DNA of 64,000 nucleotides from Octopus sinensis (Eukaryota). A model generated the notes under the pieces. The model worked only from the letters and a program-made list of their open reading frames with translations, searched no databases and was not told where the DNA came from. Below are positions 39,555 through 54,552 of this stretch, in pieces. The position numbers and the translations under genes are program-made. Position 1 is the stretch's first letter; the number at the start of each line of letters is the position of its first letter. The stretch is taken from NCBI RefSeq assembly GCF_006345805.1, contig NC_043011.1, positions 14,830,464 through 14,894,463 on the forward strand, written 5' to 3'.

Positions 39555-40615
39555 GCACGATATATACATGCATGCATGCATACATACATACACACATACA
39601 TACATGCATACATACATACATACATACATACATGCATACATACTTACATACATACATACAAGCATACATACATACAAGCATACATACATGCATACATACA
39701 AGCAAACATACATACATACATACATGCATACATGCATACATACATACATACATGCATACATACATACATACATGCATACATACATACATGAATACATACA
39801 TGCATACATGCATACATACATGCATACATACATACATGAATACATACATGCATACATACATAAATGCATACATGCATACATACATACATACATACATTCA
39901 TAAATGCATACATGCATACATGCATACATACATACATACAAGCATACATACAAACATACAAGCATACATACATACATGCATACATACATACATACAAGCA
40001 AACATACATACATACATGCATACATACAAGCAAACATACATACATACATGCATACATACATACATACATACAAGCATACATACATGCATACAAACATGCA
40101 TTCATGCATACATACCTACCTACATACATACATGCATACATACATGCATACATACATACATACATGCATACATACATACATACATGCATACATACATACA
40201 TGAATACATACATGCATACATGCATACATACATGCATACATACATACATGAATACATACATGCATACATACATAAATGCATACATGCATACATACATACA
40301 TACATACATTCATAAATGCATACATGCATACATGCATACATACATACATACAAGCATACATACAAACATACAAGCATACATACATACATGCATACATACA
40401 TACATACAAGCATACATACATACACATGCATACATACAAGCAAACATACATACATACATGCATACATACATACATACATACAAGCATACATACATGCATA
40501 CAAACATGCATTCATGCATACATACCTACCTACATACATACATGCATACATACATGCATACATACATACATACATGCATACATACATACATACATACATA
40601 CATACATACATACAT
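39555..40615. repeat. (TACA)n-based compound satellite with a 412-bp higher-order duplication
   Basis: Variant pattern repeats at a 412-bp offset: ORF starts 39864/40276 and 39904/40316 give matching translations. Confidence 0.95.
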
Positions 40616-41465
40616 GTGTTAATGTTAGTTTAAGCATGTATATATGCGTGTATTGAAAACAAATCTGAGTAAATCAAATCAATGACTAACACTTAGCAAC
40701 ATCAATTATTTCAATACAATAGATCTCAAGATCTATGATCAGGAATAAACAACTGGACTGACTATCTTACTTCATTCTCCACTGAGAACATTTGCTTCCC
40801 ACTAAACGTAAACGGCCATTGGCCTGCTTACTGAAAGGCTGTCCTCACAACACTACCAAGTCTCATAAAAACATGACTACATTAAACAAAGGAGCCAATG
40901 AAGGAACACTGACGAAGTTATTTGACCGGCAGAAATTAGTTGTCAAATGACCTTTTAATCACACATCAGTATCTTAAAAAGAGGACGCATTGGAATCTAA
41001 TGATTAGATGTATAATGACCGGAAAAGGCAAAGATGGGGTGAACACGGCTAGAGCCTCTTCGAACTCAGATTTATCTGATCAAGTTTAACCTTTTACCAT
41101 TCAGTTAATGACTTAAATGAGAGGGAAAAGGGCAGCGTTGATGATCTTTTACAAAGTCCCCGACAATGATTGAAGAGCATTAACCTCAATTAGAAACCTT
41201 GCTGAAATATTTGCAACAATGTAGACTCAGCTAAAATCTTCAGGACCAAGGTGGTAATGTTAAACTGGGCTATGTGCATCATTCTAGGACAGGAGTGGTC
41301 CTTCGTTCGGGCTTTCTCACTGCTTTTGTAGACTCAGTTTCACTCACAAGGATCTCATCGATCCAGAACGAATTTTTTCATGATACCATGCAGTGGAACT
41401 GAAGATGAAATAATGTAATTTGTAAAGCGATCTTCCACGAGGACAAATAGCAACAGCAACAACAA

Positions 41466-41843
41466 GGAGGCGCAATGGCCCAGTGGTTAGGGCAGCGGAC
41501 TCGTGGTCAGAGAATCGCGGTTTCGATTCCCAGACCGGGAGTTGTGTGTATTTATTGAGCGAAAACACCTAAAGCTCCACGAGGCTCCGGCAGGGGTTGG
41601 TGGCGACTCTTTCGCTCCAACTTTCTCTCACTCCTTCTTCCTGTTTCTTGTCCCCGACTTCCTACGCAACCGCTGAACCGGGATGCGCATTCATCCATCC
41701 CTCGATGCTCTAGGTGTCGGGGATTGACCTGCTTTCTCTTCTGCCGGTCTTACGAATAGCAAAGGACCACGTTTCGGACTTCTCGCACTCGCGATCTTGC
41801 GAGCTCTGGGACGAAGACCGCTTCGCTCAACAAACAAACAAAC
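41466..41843 (+). mobile_element. tRNA-derived SINE (family 1, (CAAA)n tail)
   Basis: A box TGGCCCAGTGG, B box GGTTTCGATTCC; flanking ACAGCAACAACAA direct repeats. Confidence 0.92.
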
Positions 41844-42417
41844 AGCAACAACAATAGCAATACTTTTATACGAAATATCTGTCATTAGTTTTCCTTAATC
41901 TTACATAAGTGCGCAAGATATAACTGGACTCAATCAAGATGGTAGGAAGAAACTGGATCTGCATGGATCATAATCGCTCTATATGTATTACATGAAGATA
42001 AATGCATGGATGTAGGTAAACTTACCTAAGGTTTATGAAACATCTCCGATAATTTTTATTATTATTATTACTTATTTTGAAACAGTAAGAAGGCAAATTG
42101 AATACCGAAAGGATTTGAACCCAGAACTGTATGTAACGAACTATATCGGTTAAAAGTTTTAATCCAGTGCAAATTACTCTGAAGCTATCATTTGCAGGCA
42201 TATTTTATCAGGAAGGACATGGATCATGTCTGGTGTAAATAGTTATATGCAGGTCAAGGGAAGAATCACAACACAATGGTCATTCAGTCTGCGAGAAAAA
42301 ACAATAAAAATCTCCTTCAAATCGCTCTCAAAACCGCTTTAAAGCGACAGACCCAATGGATAATGTGGTACTGAGCGTTGTACTTAAGAAAAAAAAGGTC
42401 ACTCTTTGTATGAACTT

Positions 42418-42915
<498 letters not shown>

Positions 42916-43491
42916 AGGTGATAGCAGCAGCATTGAGAGTCATTCCCAAGTATATATCAATGCATTGTGCTCATGATTTCGCTGACCTTACTTCCCAAAA
43001 GAGAGATTTTTTGGAAGACATGGCTACGTTTGGAAAAGCGCGTAGTTTCGATGCCCGATACAGATGTCCATGATTTACTGAATATCATTCGGTAAAAGCT
43101 GAACTGAATCTTGACCTTCTTAATTTAGACAGACAACGTGCATTTGAAGAAGCAGGCATTAACAGGGTTAATGAATATGAACTACAAACGAAGCAAATGA
43201 GCGTAATTCACTTAGACACGTGTTTTTGGCAAATCTGAAAAGTTCAAACCATTAATAATGCATAAAGAGCCTGATATCGAACAGTCACGCATGAATGGAG
43301 AAACTTGTTCAATAGATTTCGATGCAACATGAAGATGTAAGCAGACAAAACGAAAGAAGAAAACTACAAAAAGAGGTTTAAATGGACCCGGTTAAGTATT
43401 TTTCGGAGAAATAAAATCGTAGGATTGCTCCATGCTATACTAGTGAAGCATAATGCATCATTTCTTTTTTATCGGTAAACATATTTTTACT

Positions 43492-43725
43492 ATGAGCTGG
43501 CAGAAACGTTAGCACGCCGGGCGAAATGTGTAGCCGTATTTCGTCTGCCGTTACGTTCTGAGTTCAAATTCCGCCGAGGTCGACTTTGCCTTTCATCCTT
43601 TCGGGGTCGATAAATTAAGTACCAGTCACGCACTGGAGTTGATGTAATCGACTTATTCGGTTTTTTTTTTTTTTTTGGTCCTTGTTTGTCCCTTCTATGT
43701 TTAGCCCCTTGTGGGTAATAAAGAA
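43492..43725 (+). mobile_element. SINE family 4 (GAGGTCGACTTTGCCTTTCATCCTTTCGGGGTCGATAAA core, Meta-domain-like)
   Basis: Nearly identical to 49241-49440. Degenerate relatives near 10600-10770, 34100-34280, 58830-58950, 60410-60530 and 63080-63440. Confidence 0.85.
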
Positions 43726-43861
43726 ACACATGTATTAGTCCGAAAACAGTAAAAAAAAATGCATTAAAAATTTCAACATTTTGAAAGTATTTAAGACACA
43801 TACGCCATCTTTCATTCCTACGCAGTGCGTATGTAGGGCTATGTGAGCATATATATGCACG

Positions 43862-43893
<32 letters not shown>

Positions 43894-44050
43894 CACAGCA
43901 TCTATTAATAGATTCTATCTTTCTGGCTGGCTGCTGAGAGTACTCTGCATTGATCCCCGGGGACTATTCTCACAACGAGTGTAAATACATACTCATTAGA
44001 TATATTACTGCAGCTTTGTTTAACAATCTAATCTGTTGTGTCAAACTGAA

Positions 44051-44153
44051 TATCTATCTATCTATCTATCTATCTACTTACCTACTTACCTACCTACCTA
44101 CTTACTTACCTACCTATCTACCTACCTACCTACCTACCTACCTACCTACCTAC

Positions 44154-44185
<32 letters not shown>

Positions 44186-44200
44186 ATATATATATAAAGG
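44051..44200. repeat. (TATC)n/(TACC)n microsatellite
   Basis: Direct inspection. Confidence 0.95.
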
Positions 44201-45647
44201 TATGCATGCATTTATATGCACTCACATGCACATTTGCATTTATATGTATGTAGGTAAATACACGAGTCATTGCACAACCGCTTTAGTTTATGCGTATTTA
44301 ATGTGTGTGTGTGCACACTCACACACACACACACATATATGACTCACCAGGTGTTATGACTTTACACCAATGTAAATTAAACAGACAGGCAGGAAAAATG
44401 GTCTTTGAATATATTCTATAACGAACATATGAAATATTTACGAGTGCCCCACAAGACAACTAAATGGTTCAGTGACTATTCACTTCGTTTGCTGCTGTTC
44501 AGCTATAGAACGTTACCCGTTTAGCTGCACAATATATGGCAGTAGCCGGCAGCAGTTGCGATTCGCATGCAAATCCATCAGGTAACAAACGAAGGAAAGA
44601 CGCGGTTAATTTATGCGGTCATCAAAGAAAAATGAAGCCGTTTTAGAAAGATGGTGTAAAATAATTCACAATACTCTACAAGGGGAACGGAATAAGAACA
44701 TTTAACTATATACCAGGAACTATATATTGTAGATTGACGTTCATGCACAAATGATGTAGAATTTTATTTCATCGTGGTGAGATATTTAACAGCGTGCTAA
44801 ACGACTCAGTAGTTTTCGATGCTATGGCCACACGCGCGCGCGCACATATACACACACATACATACACATATATACATTAAAATCGAACAGTGAGAATGAG
44901 TGCGCAACACCGCATTGCTGGTTGAATATTCTATATTTGGGGGTTTACAAGGCTACCATTGGTTTTATGCGGACAGAAATCTCGCAACAATTATACATAC
45001 ACAGACTTGGGTATCTACAGCCTCGTGAATTTAAAACTCCATGGACCAAGTTTGGCATCAGGAATTACAACCGTGTTTCGTGGTCTGCTACCACAACAGT
45101 TCCTTTATAGGATCCAGTTAGCTCAAGACATCATCAGGAGGAACCACGTCCGGTTTCGGCCCCTACTACTCTACCGTTTTGACGTGGCGCCCTCCCCCCT
45201 TTCGGACACAATTATGTGCACATATTTAAATACGAACATACCATATAATGCAGGTGTGTGTGTGTGTATGCATATGTGCGTGCGCATATTTTGTATGGAT
45301 GTGCACACATGAGTGTACATACAAATATTTATTTTTGTAAATTTGAACGTGCACGAGCGTCCTAGCAAGAAATGATTGAGGAATTAATGTATGCTGAACG
45401 AAACTCCTTACAAAGCTTCCTGGACTAATGCAAGTGAGACAACCATTAAAATGTTCTTACGAGTTATTTTCCACGATCTGTTTGTTTATTTATTTATTTA
45501 TCTATCCCAAAGCCTCTACAGCTTCGTATAGCTTCACGTATAATCATCCAAGAAGGAAACAAGCACCAACGTTCTATGTTGCAGGCTAGATAATTGTGGA
45601 GAGATATCTCTCGGCATGAAACCAATGGTAGATTTGTTAACCCACAA

Positions 45648-45717
<70 letters not shown>

Positions 45718-46439
45718 ATATATATATATTATATATATATACATGTATGTATATATACAAAGACACAGATACACACGCAAACACACACACACACATAGAT
45801 ATATATAATGAATGTATGTATGTATATATATACACACACATATATATGTATGTATATATAGTCACGTGTTTACACAGACAGACGTATGCAAAGATAAATC
45901 TTTGAATACCTTGCTGAAAGTATGTGCTATCGGAATGATTCACAAAAGATATATTGAATATGAAGTCACCTGTATTAGTGTCTGAATATACGAGTCTTTC
46001 GGTGTGTGTTTGTACGTGTGTATATAAAACTAAGTACATCACACATACACAAGTTAAGTTTATTGTGTACGCCTGTATGTATGCAGACAGATGTGCAGAG
46101 ACGTATAGAACTTTTTATTGGTAAGTAGTCATGCCCATTAGTGTTGGTTGATGATGTGTATTCCATTTCCTTGACGTAAATATGTAGCCATTCAGCGGAA
46201 TATCTGTAGATAGATGACTGAAAGAAGTACATTAACAAAACTATGATTGGAGAGGAAGAATGAAAGTCAGAGATTCTTGTATAAATGAACTTGGAGCATT
46301 TCCTCTTTCAAGGAAAAATTTTTCTCAAAATGAATCAATATCTGAGTATGGTATATAAGAATACAAATACTTCTTTTTAGTTCAGATGATGCCCAACTGT
46401 TGATTGGCTTCCGAAAATTGAATATTTGACTCTTTATAA

Positions 46440-46940
46440 ATAATGAAGATGATGATGATGAAAATACGATCATGATGATGGTAACGATGATGATGATAAT
46501 GATGAAAAATATGATGATGATGATAATGATGATGATGATAACAGCAATAGCTATAATAATAATGAAGATTTCTTTGCTAATAATAATAATATGGATATTA
46601 TCATTACAGCAATAATAATAATATGATGATGATGGCAACGATGATGATGATGATAATGATGAAAAAGATGATGATGATGATGATAAAAATGATGATGATG
46701 GTGATGATGATGATGATGATGATAACAGCAATAGCTATAATAATAATGAAGATTTCTTTGCTAATAATAATGATGATGATATGGATATTATCATTATAAC
46801 AATAATGATGATGATGGTGACGACAATAGTAGCAACAACAGCAGCAGCAATAAATAATAGTAAAGAAGATACTATCGTTAATAATGGTGTTGACAACGAC
46901 GACGACGACGATGATGATGATGATGATGATGATGATAACT
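46440..46940. repeat. (GAT)n/(AAT)n low-complexity tract with an internal ~184-bp-offset duplication
   Basis: ACAGCAATAGCTATAATAATAATGAAGATTTCTTTGCTAATAATAAT occurs at 46541 and 46725. Confidence 0.9.
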
Positions 46941-47169
46941 GTTACTGATAATAAAACATGATGAAAATATAAAGAAGCAACGTTATGGCATTAAAGAAAA
47001 AAAAATTGTTTTAAATGAATTTAATATCCATTAAAAAAGGAGAAAATGAAAAAAAAAGTGCTTTATTATAACAAAAACATTAAAAATGTAACTATCGGAA
47101 CTCTTCTTAGAAATAATCATACAACATTATAATGGCAAAATAGAGAAGAAAATTTATTGAAAAGTCAGT

Positions 47170-47660
<491 letters not shown>

Positions 47661-48188
47661 AAATTCAAATTGCATGTAGCACAGGATGTAATTTAAGATA
47701 TGTGTCAAAATATTTTGAAATTCAATAAATTTCTATAGCTTTCTATATTTTTATTGAAGCAGCATGAAAAATATATAAAAGTATATCCAATAGATATAGG
47801 TTTCCAACTCTACTCTGACAAAATCAACGCTATATAGAAACAGTGTTATAGAAAAGACACCTTTTCCTCATGACAAACCAGTTTATTCCAATATAGTAAC
47901 CGCTTGTATTTACTAGTTGTGTTTACTATCATTATTTTCCTAAAATTCTACTGGTGCAAAGATTCACTATTTTCCTCAGATTTTACGCTGATACGAGCGT
48001 TAGCAAAAATTAAGCCAAGGTTAACTGGAATTTTGTCCTGCAGTCGTGTGTAAACATCACTTGGGGATTATAAATTCTTGGTTGTTGCTTAGCCTTACGT
48101 CTTTCATTATAGATCCCGTCATATAGACCTATGTTCCAATCATCACTATCTATTCTTCTGTGAAGCATTCTATATCAAGGTCTACATG

Positions 48189-48490
48189 TTTGTTCCTTCT
48201 CAAGCCATGCGTGGCTCATAAGGCCCGGTTTCCCGGTTTCCTTGGCGTATAGGTTTCCCACATGGACGGGACGCCGGTCCGTCGCAGGTGAGCTGCAAGA
48301 TGCAGGAGGAAAGAGTGAGAGAAAGTTGTGGCGAAAGAGTCAGCAGAAGTTCGCCATTACCTTCTGCCGGAGCCGCGTGGAGCTTAGGTGTTTTCGCTCA
48401 TAAACACACACATCGCCCGGTCTGAGATTCGAACCAACGATCTTTTGACCGCGAGTCCGCTGCTCTAACCACTGGGCACTGTGCCTCCAC
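48189..48490 (-). mobile_element. tRNA-derived SINE (family 1) with TSD
   Basis: CAAGGTCTACATG on both sides; Pol III boxes on the minus strand. Confidence 0.93.
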
Positions 48491-48559
48491 AAGGTCTACA
48501 TGGTTGAAGCTCTGCAGCGCAGGCTACAGCAGTTTCCCGATGTCTGCAGGACGAGCACC

Positions 48560-48775
48560 TGAAGACTACTACACCAACTCATGTGGCAGCAGTGACCCAC
48601 ACACTAGAGAATCCAGCGGAGCGCTCCAAAGATGACATGGGCGAAATAAATTGAGGAAGACCTGAAGTCGAAGCACCTCGACCTCAAGCATGCTAAGACC
48701 AGCGCCATGGATCGGAAAGCATGGAATAACATCATCACCAGAGTCCATCATCCAGCAGCACTCACAGCATTGTAT
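48560..48775 (+). mobile_element. RTE-type LINE, C-terminal fragment (pseudogenic)
   Basis: Frame reads ..PKMTWAK*IEEDLKSKHLDLKHAKTSAMDRKAWNNII.., matching the RTE ORF end pattern (RPxxxW...DL...A.DR..W). Confidence 0.7.
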
Positions 48776-49240
48776 TGGTTGAAAGTACAGTCTCCCCCTT
48801 CAGTCATCAGCTAGGGATTTTACTTATATGGCTCAATATAATTTGTGGGAGATTTGGCTGCCCATTTGCGGCAGTTCATAGAATAAGGAAGAAGTTCCCA
48901 TGTTGAATTTGTAAGTCGAATTTATAAATATGTTTTCAGATAAATTCTACTCCAGCTACTTATTTCTGACACCTACGATCTTTTGTTGTAACTAAGATCT
49001 GGAGGCCAATGGAATCTGACTGTTTTACACACTTGCTCTATCTCATAGAATCAATCTCTCTTGTCTAGTTTTAGTACGAGGATGAAGTCTTCGCCGGTTA
49101 TGTAGAATTTGTGAGACATTTTGTTTCATTATTATGGATGTTTAGCCACAACTCAACCCCGATCAAACCGACTTCTGATTCAAAAGCGTTCTACCTGTGA
49201 TCGTGCCTTCTTTTGTTTTTCAAATATGGTACACATAATA

Positions 49241-49440
49241 CGGCGAGCTGGCAGAAACGTTAGCACGCCAGGCGAAATGCGTAGCCGTATTTCGTCTGCC
49301 GCTACGTTCTGAGTTCAAATTCCGCCGAGGTCCACTTTGCCTTTCATCCTGTCAGGGTCGATAAATTAAGTACCAGTTACGCACTGGGGTCGATGTAATC
49401 GACTTAATCCGTTTGTCTGTCCTTGTTTGTCCCCTCTGTG
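49241..49440 (+). mobile_element. SINE family 4
   Basis: See 43492-43725. Confidence 0.88.
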
Positions 49441-50072
49441 TATGTATTTTGAAAGAAATTTGGTAGCTATTTCAAGCAAATCAAGCAAGTAAGCATAGGC
49501 TTCGCCGTTGGCATTCCATTCCTTTCATTAAGTTCTAAGCAAACAGAACACCAGCAGGAATTGAACTTGGGGAAAAATGTATAATAAACTAAACACCCAC
49601 TGTCATCTTATTCCGATACTGACTACACATTTGTAGAATGAGCAGATTAAACCAATAACTATTTCCATTAAGTTTACTTTCATGTGGAGCCTGTTGGCTT
49701 CAGACGGATAGTTGATTGTAAAGAATAAGCCTTCACCAGTTGTTTATAGTAAAAGTATTCTAATCTTCTGCCTCAGACCATATCTTTCCTTATGCTTTGG
49801 TACTGTAAATGTGCCCATATAATACAAATGTGCATTGTAGCAGTGCAGCTTAGATGTGTAAATTGTCGATGTTTTAAATTAAGAGCTGCCACTAAAGTAA
49901 TGAACATGATATTCAAGTATTAGATATTAAGAGAGGAAAATGGTAAAAGTTTTGGATAATTCACTCATATAATGGAATGGATTTGATGATAATGGAAATA
50001 ATTTTAAGAAAGAGTTTACAAAATATTATATAACCATCAAACCTACTTATAAAGTAAAATATTACTAATTTA

Positions 50073-50447
50073 TGTGAGGTATATTTGCCATCTCAATATG
50101 GCTAACCACTAAGGGTGGGTGTTACTGTAGCTTGTAGCCCCAGGAGAACATTGCCTCCAGCTGGCTACAGGCACACTTTCTGTGCCCTATCGGTATTTGA
50201 AAAGGGAGGTCATCCTTCCCTCGTCAACCTAAGTGATACGCACGGACTGCAGTTTCTGGGTTTTGACCTGTCATCAGCGTACGACAATCACCGGTTTTTG
50301 ATGAAAGGAGTTCCCAATGCAAATATTAATATCCTTTTTCCAGTAACTCTACGTCACTGATCTTGAAAAAGTGTATACAAGCAATAATAAGCTACAGTAA
50401 CAGAAGCTACAGTAACACCCAACCTTAGATGGCAAATATACCTTACA
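50073..50447. mobile_element. TIR-bounded non-autonomous element containing a hammerhead motif
   Basis: Left TGTGAGGTATATTTGCCATCT[17-bp insert]AAGGGTGGGTGTTACTGTAGCTT; right AAGCTACAGTAACACCCAACCTTAGATGGCAAATATACCTTACA. No clear TSD. Confidence 0.8.
50233..50291 (-). ncRNA. Minimal type I hammerhead ribozyme motif (stem II partly mismatched)
   Basis: Minus strand GUGAU-UGU-CGUACG-CUGAUGA-CA-GGU-CAAA-ACC-CA-GAA-AC-UGCA-GU-C-CGUGCG-U-AUCAC. Intact CUGAUGA/GAAA core, GUC triplet, 6-bp stem I plus a 5-bp extension, palindromic ACUGCAGU stem III. Confidence 0.7.
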
Positions 50448-52160
50448 TTGTCGTGCAGTTACTGTTTATACCTCGTTCAGAGGTGTATTATTGTTTATTA
50501 CTAATTAATTTTGATTTTACATGAAATGATTGCATGCATTAGCAGTATGTCTGCAATAATTAGGTTTAAACCACCTGATGTATGAATGTTGATTAATAAA
50601 TCTGTGTTAGTATAGAAATTTAACAAAAATCTTTCATGATCAGAGAATAACATTGCAAAACTAGTATTGAAATTGTTAATACTGATATTTTCTTGAAGTC
50701 AACTTCTTCTGGGGGAAGTACCAGTAATAAAATGACAACATTAATGCAATTATTTTTAAAGAGATGTCTTTTTATTTCTAAAGAAAAATTCAAATGGAAT
50801 AATTAATGTTTCATAGCTGAGTTTATTTGGTGAATAAAAGCTTTTAGTCAATACATAGATTCATATAATTAAGGTAATATAAAAATGGAACTATTAATTT
50901 TCTTTGAAAGAATGAGAAAAATCTAATTAACCAACATTTACAACAAGTAAAATGGAAGTCATTTCAGTAATTGTGTTTTGCTTTTATATCGCGGTAGACA
51001 ATTACTACGAAAGATTATTACCTTAAGTCTAATTAATATCTTAAATTGTTGATGCATGTTTATAATCAGCAGTTTTTGGGTAGGTTAGGATAGTTCAATT
51101 ACAGGAATTCAACCAACCACTTTGGCAAAAGGACAAATATGGAGTTATTAAAGAGAACATTTAGAACATTTTAAAACAAAGTTTAATGTTTTCTTATCGA
51201 AAGTAACCTTAAAACAAAGAATTATAAAAATAAAATATGGTAAAATAAATTGCTGCAAAAATATAAAATATTACTAAAAGGAAATAATAGTTTGGTGTAT
51301 TTGATTATTTCCTTTTCTGAAATGCTGAGTAGTTAAAAATCAATTTATGCTCATGAGGCTATAAAATGTTGCAAGCACTGAAGTGCTTCTCAATGAGGAG
51401 AATTGAAGAATAAGAAATTGTTCATAAAACCCTAGAAAGCGCTAATCACCAGCTAACCTTCATATCGAGTTTGTTAAATGTTCATTAATATTAACTAGTA
51501 GTTACTCAGTTGTGAAACATTTGACAGTGTAAAAGAGAAAAAAAATATTGCATTAATTGAATTCTTTCAAGAAATGCAGATGGCAAATTTAAAATGAGAT
51601 ACTCTGTAGGTTTTGTGGATTTCTTTGAGAGTTTAATTTGGGGGAGATTTTGTTTTCAGAGGAAAAGCAGAAAGAATAGAAATTAAGAGATTATAAGATT
51701 AATCTAAGAAAGTAACTTAAAATTTTACTTTATTTTTCTGCAACAGAAGCATTTAACCATAAATGTCACATGATTTGTAATGAATCTTCACAGAAAAGTG
51801 TTTCAAATCTAGTGTTCTTCTGATATTTATTAAGTTTATTCATAAATTGGTTCGTTAACTTTGGTTCAGCAATCTTATTTGATACATTAATCTAGGCATT
51901 GAGTATTATGTCATAAGAAATTGCACTGTTTTGTATATTTGTTACATTTATTCATATTAAATAATGGATCTGAATATTTTTTTTCACTGAGATTTGATGA
52001 AATTTTAATCATTTATGTTTTCTCTGGATGATTTTTACCCATCAATATCTCAAGAGTAATGAAAGTAAATTAAGTGGCTAACTTATATTCAATTATTTTC
52101 ACCTCAAAGGCATATTGTGTGTATGTTAGTTTTAGAATAAGTGCACTACTTCCCTACATG

Positions 52161-52467
52161 TGGAGGCACATGGCCTAGTGGTTAGAGCAGTGGACTCACG
52201 GTCGAGGGATCGCAGGTTCGAATCTCAGACCGGATGATGTGTGTGTTTATGAGCGAAACACCTAAGCTCCACGCAGCTCCGGCAGAAGGTAATGACGAAA
52301 CTTCTGCTGACTCTTTCACCACAACTTTCTCTCACTCTTTCCTCCTGCATTTTGCAGCTCATCTGCGATGAACCGGCATCCTGTCCAGATGGGGAACCTA
52401 TACACCAAGAAACTGGGAAACCGGCCCTTATGAGCCAGGCGTGGCTCGAGAAGGAACAAACAACAAA
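52161..52467 (+). mobile_element. tRNA-derived SINE (family 1) with TSD
   Basis: ACTACTTCCCTACATG / ACTACTTTCCTACATG flanks; A/B boxes. Confidence 0.93.
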
Positions 52468-53529
52468 ACTACTTTCCTACATGCTGCGAGAGATGGCTAA
52501 AAGAGCTGAGAACAGGAAGGACATCCAGCTGTAAAACACTGCCTCAGAAAAACTTTTGAACTTATGCCAACATAGAAAAAAAAAAAGCACAAAAGTTTGC
52601 TGCTACTGTTGCTGCTGCTGCTACCTCAACCGCAAAGGCAGTCACTGGGAAGTTGAATAGAGAATGAAATTCTGTTTTACATTAGCACTAAGCTGCACCA
52701 ACTACCTAATGCTTTTTTCTTTTTTTTCAGATTCACTTTTGCTCTGGTAGTTTTTAGGATGAACCTAGAAACCAAAGAATCATTGTATAGTTCTGTTACA
52801 AAGACATCTATTAGAAATTATTATAGAAAAATCACATTCACATGAATGTATATGCACACAATATATACATAACGTTGGCCACCGACTTTTGTATCAAAGC
52901 AGATGATATCAGTATATTTTTAGAGCGATTTGAATGAACAATGTAAAATTTCGGCTGAAACTTTCCAACTACATTATTGTTGCTATTATATACTACTTAG
53001 ACAACATCAAACTACTCAGTAGGCTATTTCCACGACTTTGTTATTCGACGATATGGAACAATGCAGCTAATTTCTGTAAATTTAGTGTGAAACACCATTA
53101 TTTAATCATTAATTCTTTAACAAAACATGAAAAGGTTGATTAAAAACAACAACAAACTGAAACTTGTGTAATTATCTATTTTAGGCGGATTTAGTATAAA
53201 GAGGTTTAAATATGATTTAGATACTTCACTGAAATGTAAAACCTGACTGGAATAATATTTAATAAAAAACTTAAATTATTAATAGCTTTATAATTCTCAT
53301 CAAATGATTTCAATTAAAAACTTCAAATACATTAATTAAGGTCTCTAAAAGTTTTACTTGAAGATTTAAGATTTATTGGAGTAATGATGTTGCTAGAAGT
53401 GACAAACTGGCTTTGTGTTACACTATTTGGAAACATCCTACTAAGTGTATGATATAAGAAAGTATAGTGTTGTAGTTCATTTTATTCTGCTGCAGACATT
53501 TGTAATATCCTCAGCTAATTAAGAAAACT

Positions 53530-53964
53530 GGATCTTTTCGGTTTGAACGGCAGTTTTTAACATAATTTCTAGGTAACTAAAAAATTTTAAACTTTGTATA
53601 CTGGTAGAATGTGTTTATAAAGCATCTTTTTCTCTTGGCTTTATTGAGAAAATTCTATAGTTTGTAAGATATTTGTTGTTTTTTTTCTTCAATTTCTGAA
53701 ATTTCAACCAATCAATGACGTCCAGTTGGGGTGAAAACATTCTGTGCCGTATGAATATGTTCCTCGTTTAAGAAACAGATTGGGTTTATTTACATTTCTG
53801 AAAAAAAAAATACCCTTCCTCCCACCCCTAACCCTAACTCTAACCTTAACTAACCATAACCCTAAAACATTGAAATGCAATAGATCGATACTAGGGTCAT
53901 AATTATGGGTGACAATTTCATATGACACCGCTAGAAAAAACTGCTGTTCAAACCGAAAAGATCC
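53530..53964. mobile_element. MITE with 28-bp TIRs and internal (CCCTAA)-like repeat, copy 2
   Basis: Same TIRs as 7117-7588; 8-bp flanks AGAAAACT / AGAAAATT. Confidence 0.9.
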
Positions 53965-54552
53965 AGAAAATTATATACTTGTAAGACCTTGAACTTTGTC
54001 CAATAATAAATCAAAATATATTCATTGCTAGCTAAGTCTTAAATTATAAGTCACTTCAACAGATGAAACCTTTTTTCTTATGTTAGAAAGAGTCCAGAGC
54101 ATTTCAAGAAAATTAGAAGGAAATTCCCACCATTATATTGAACAATACATCAGTTAATTATACAAAGATTACCATGGTTAACTGTACAAAGGTTGTTAAT
54201 ATCTATTTATATTTGTTAACCGCACAAAAGGTGATAATTTCAGCACTACATCTGTTAATAAAATGGTTGATATCATCAATATTATGTTTTGTGATAGCAA
54301 TGTCTGTATGATATTTGTTAGCAGTATAGGGGTTGATTATGTCAGTGTTATATCTCTAGAACAGTTAACGACATCAGTATTAACACCTAAGGTGTGGAAA
54401 TGTCAGAATAATAAAGTATCAGGTATTATGTATTGCAGTATTCATTCCATCTCTCTGCACCCTGAATTCAGATCCTGCTGGATTTAATTTGCTTTCCATC
54501 CTTTCAAGGTCACCCCAAAGGGATGGATTAGGAGAAACTATTTGAAATACTT

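Noticed and set aside
41466-41545. tRNA genes at SINE heads
   Set aside because: Pol III boxes are present, but the cloverleaf is incomplete and continues into SINE body sequence with TSDs.
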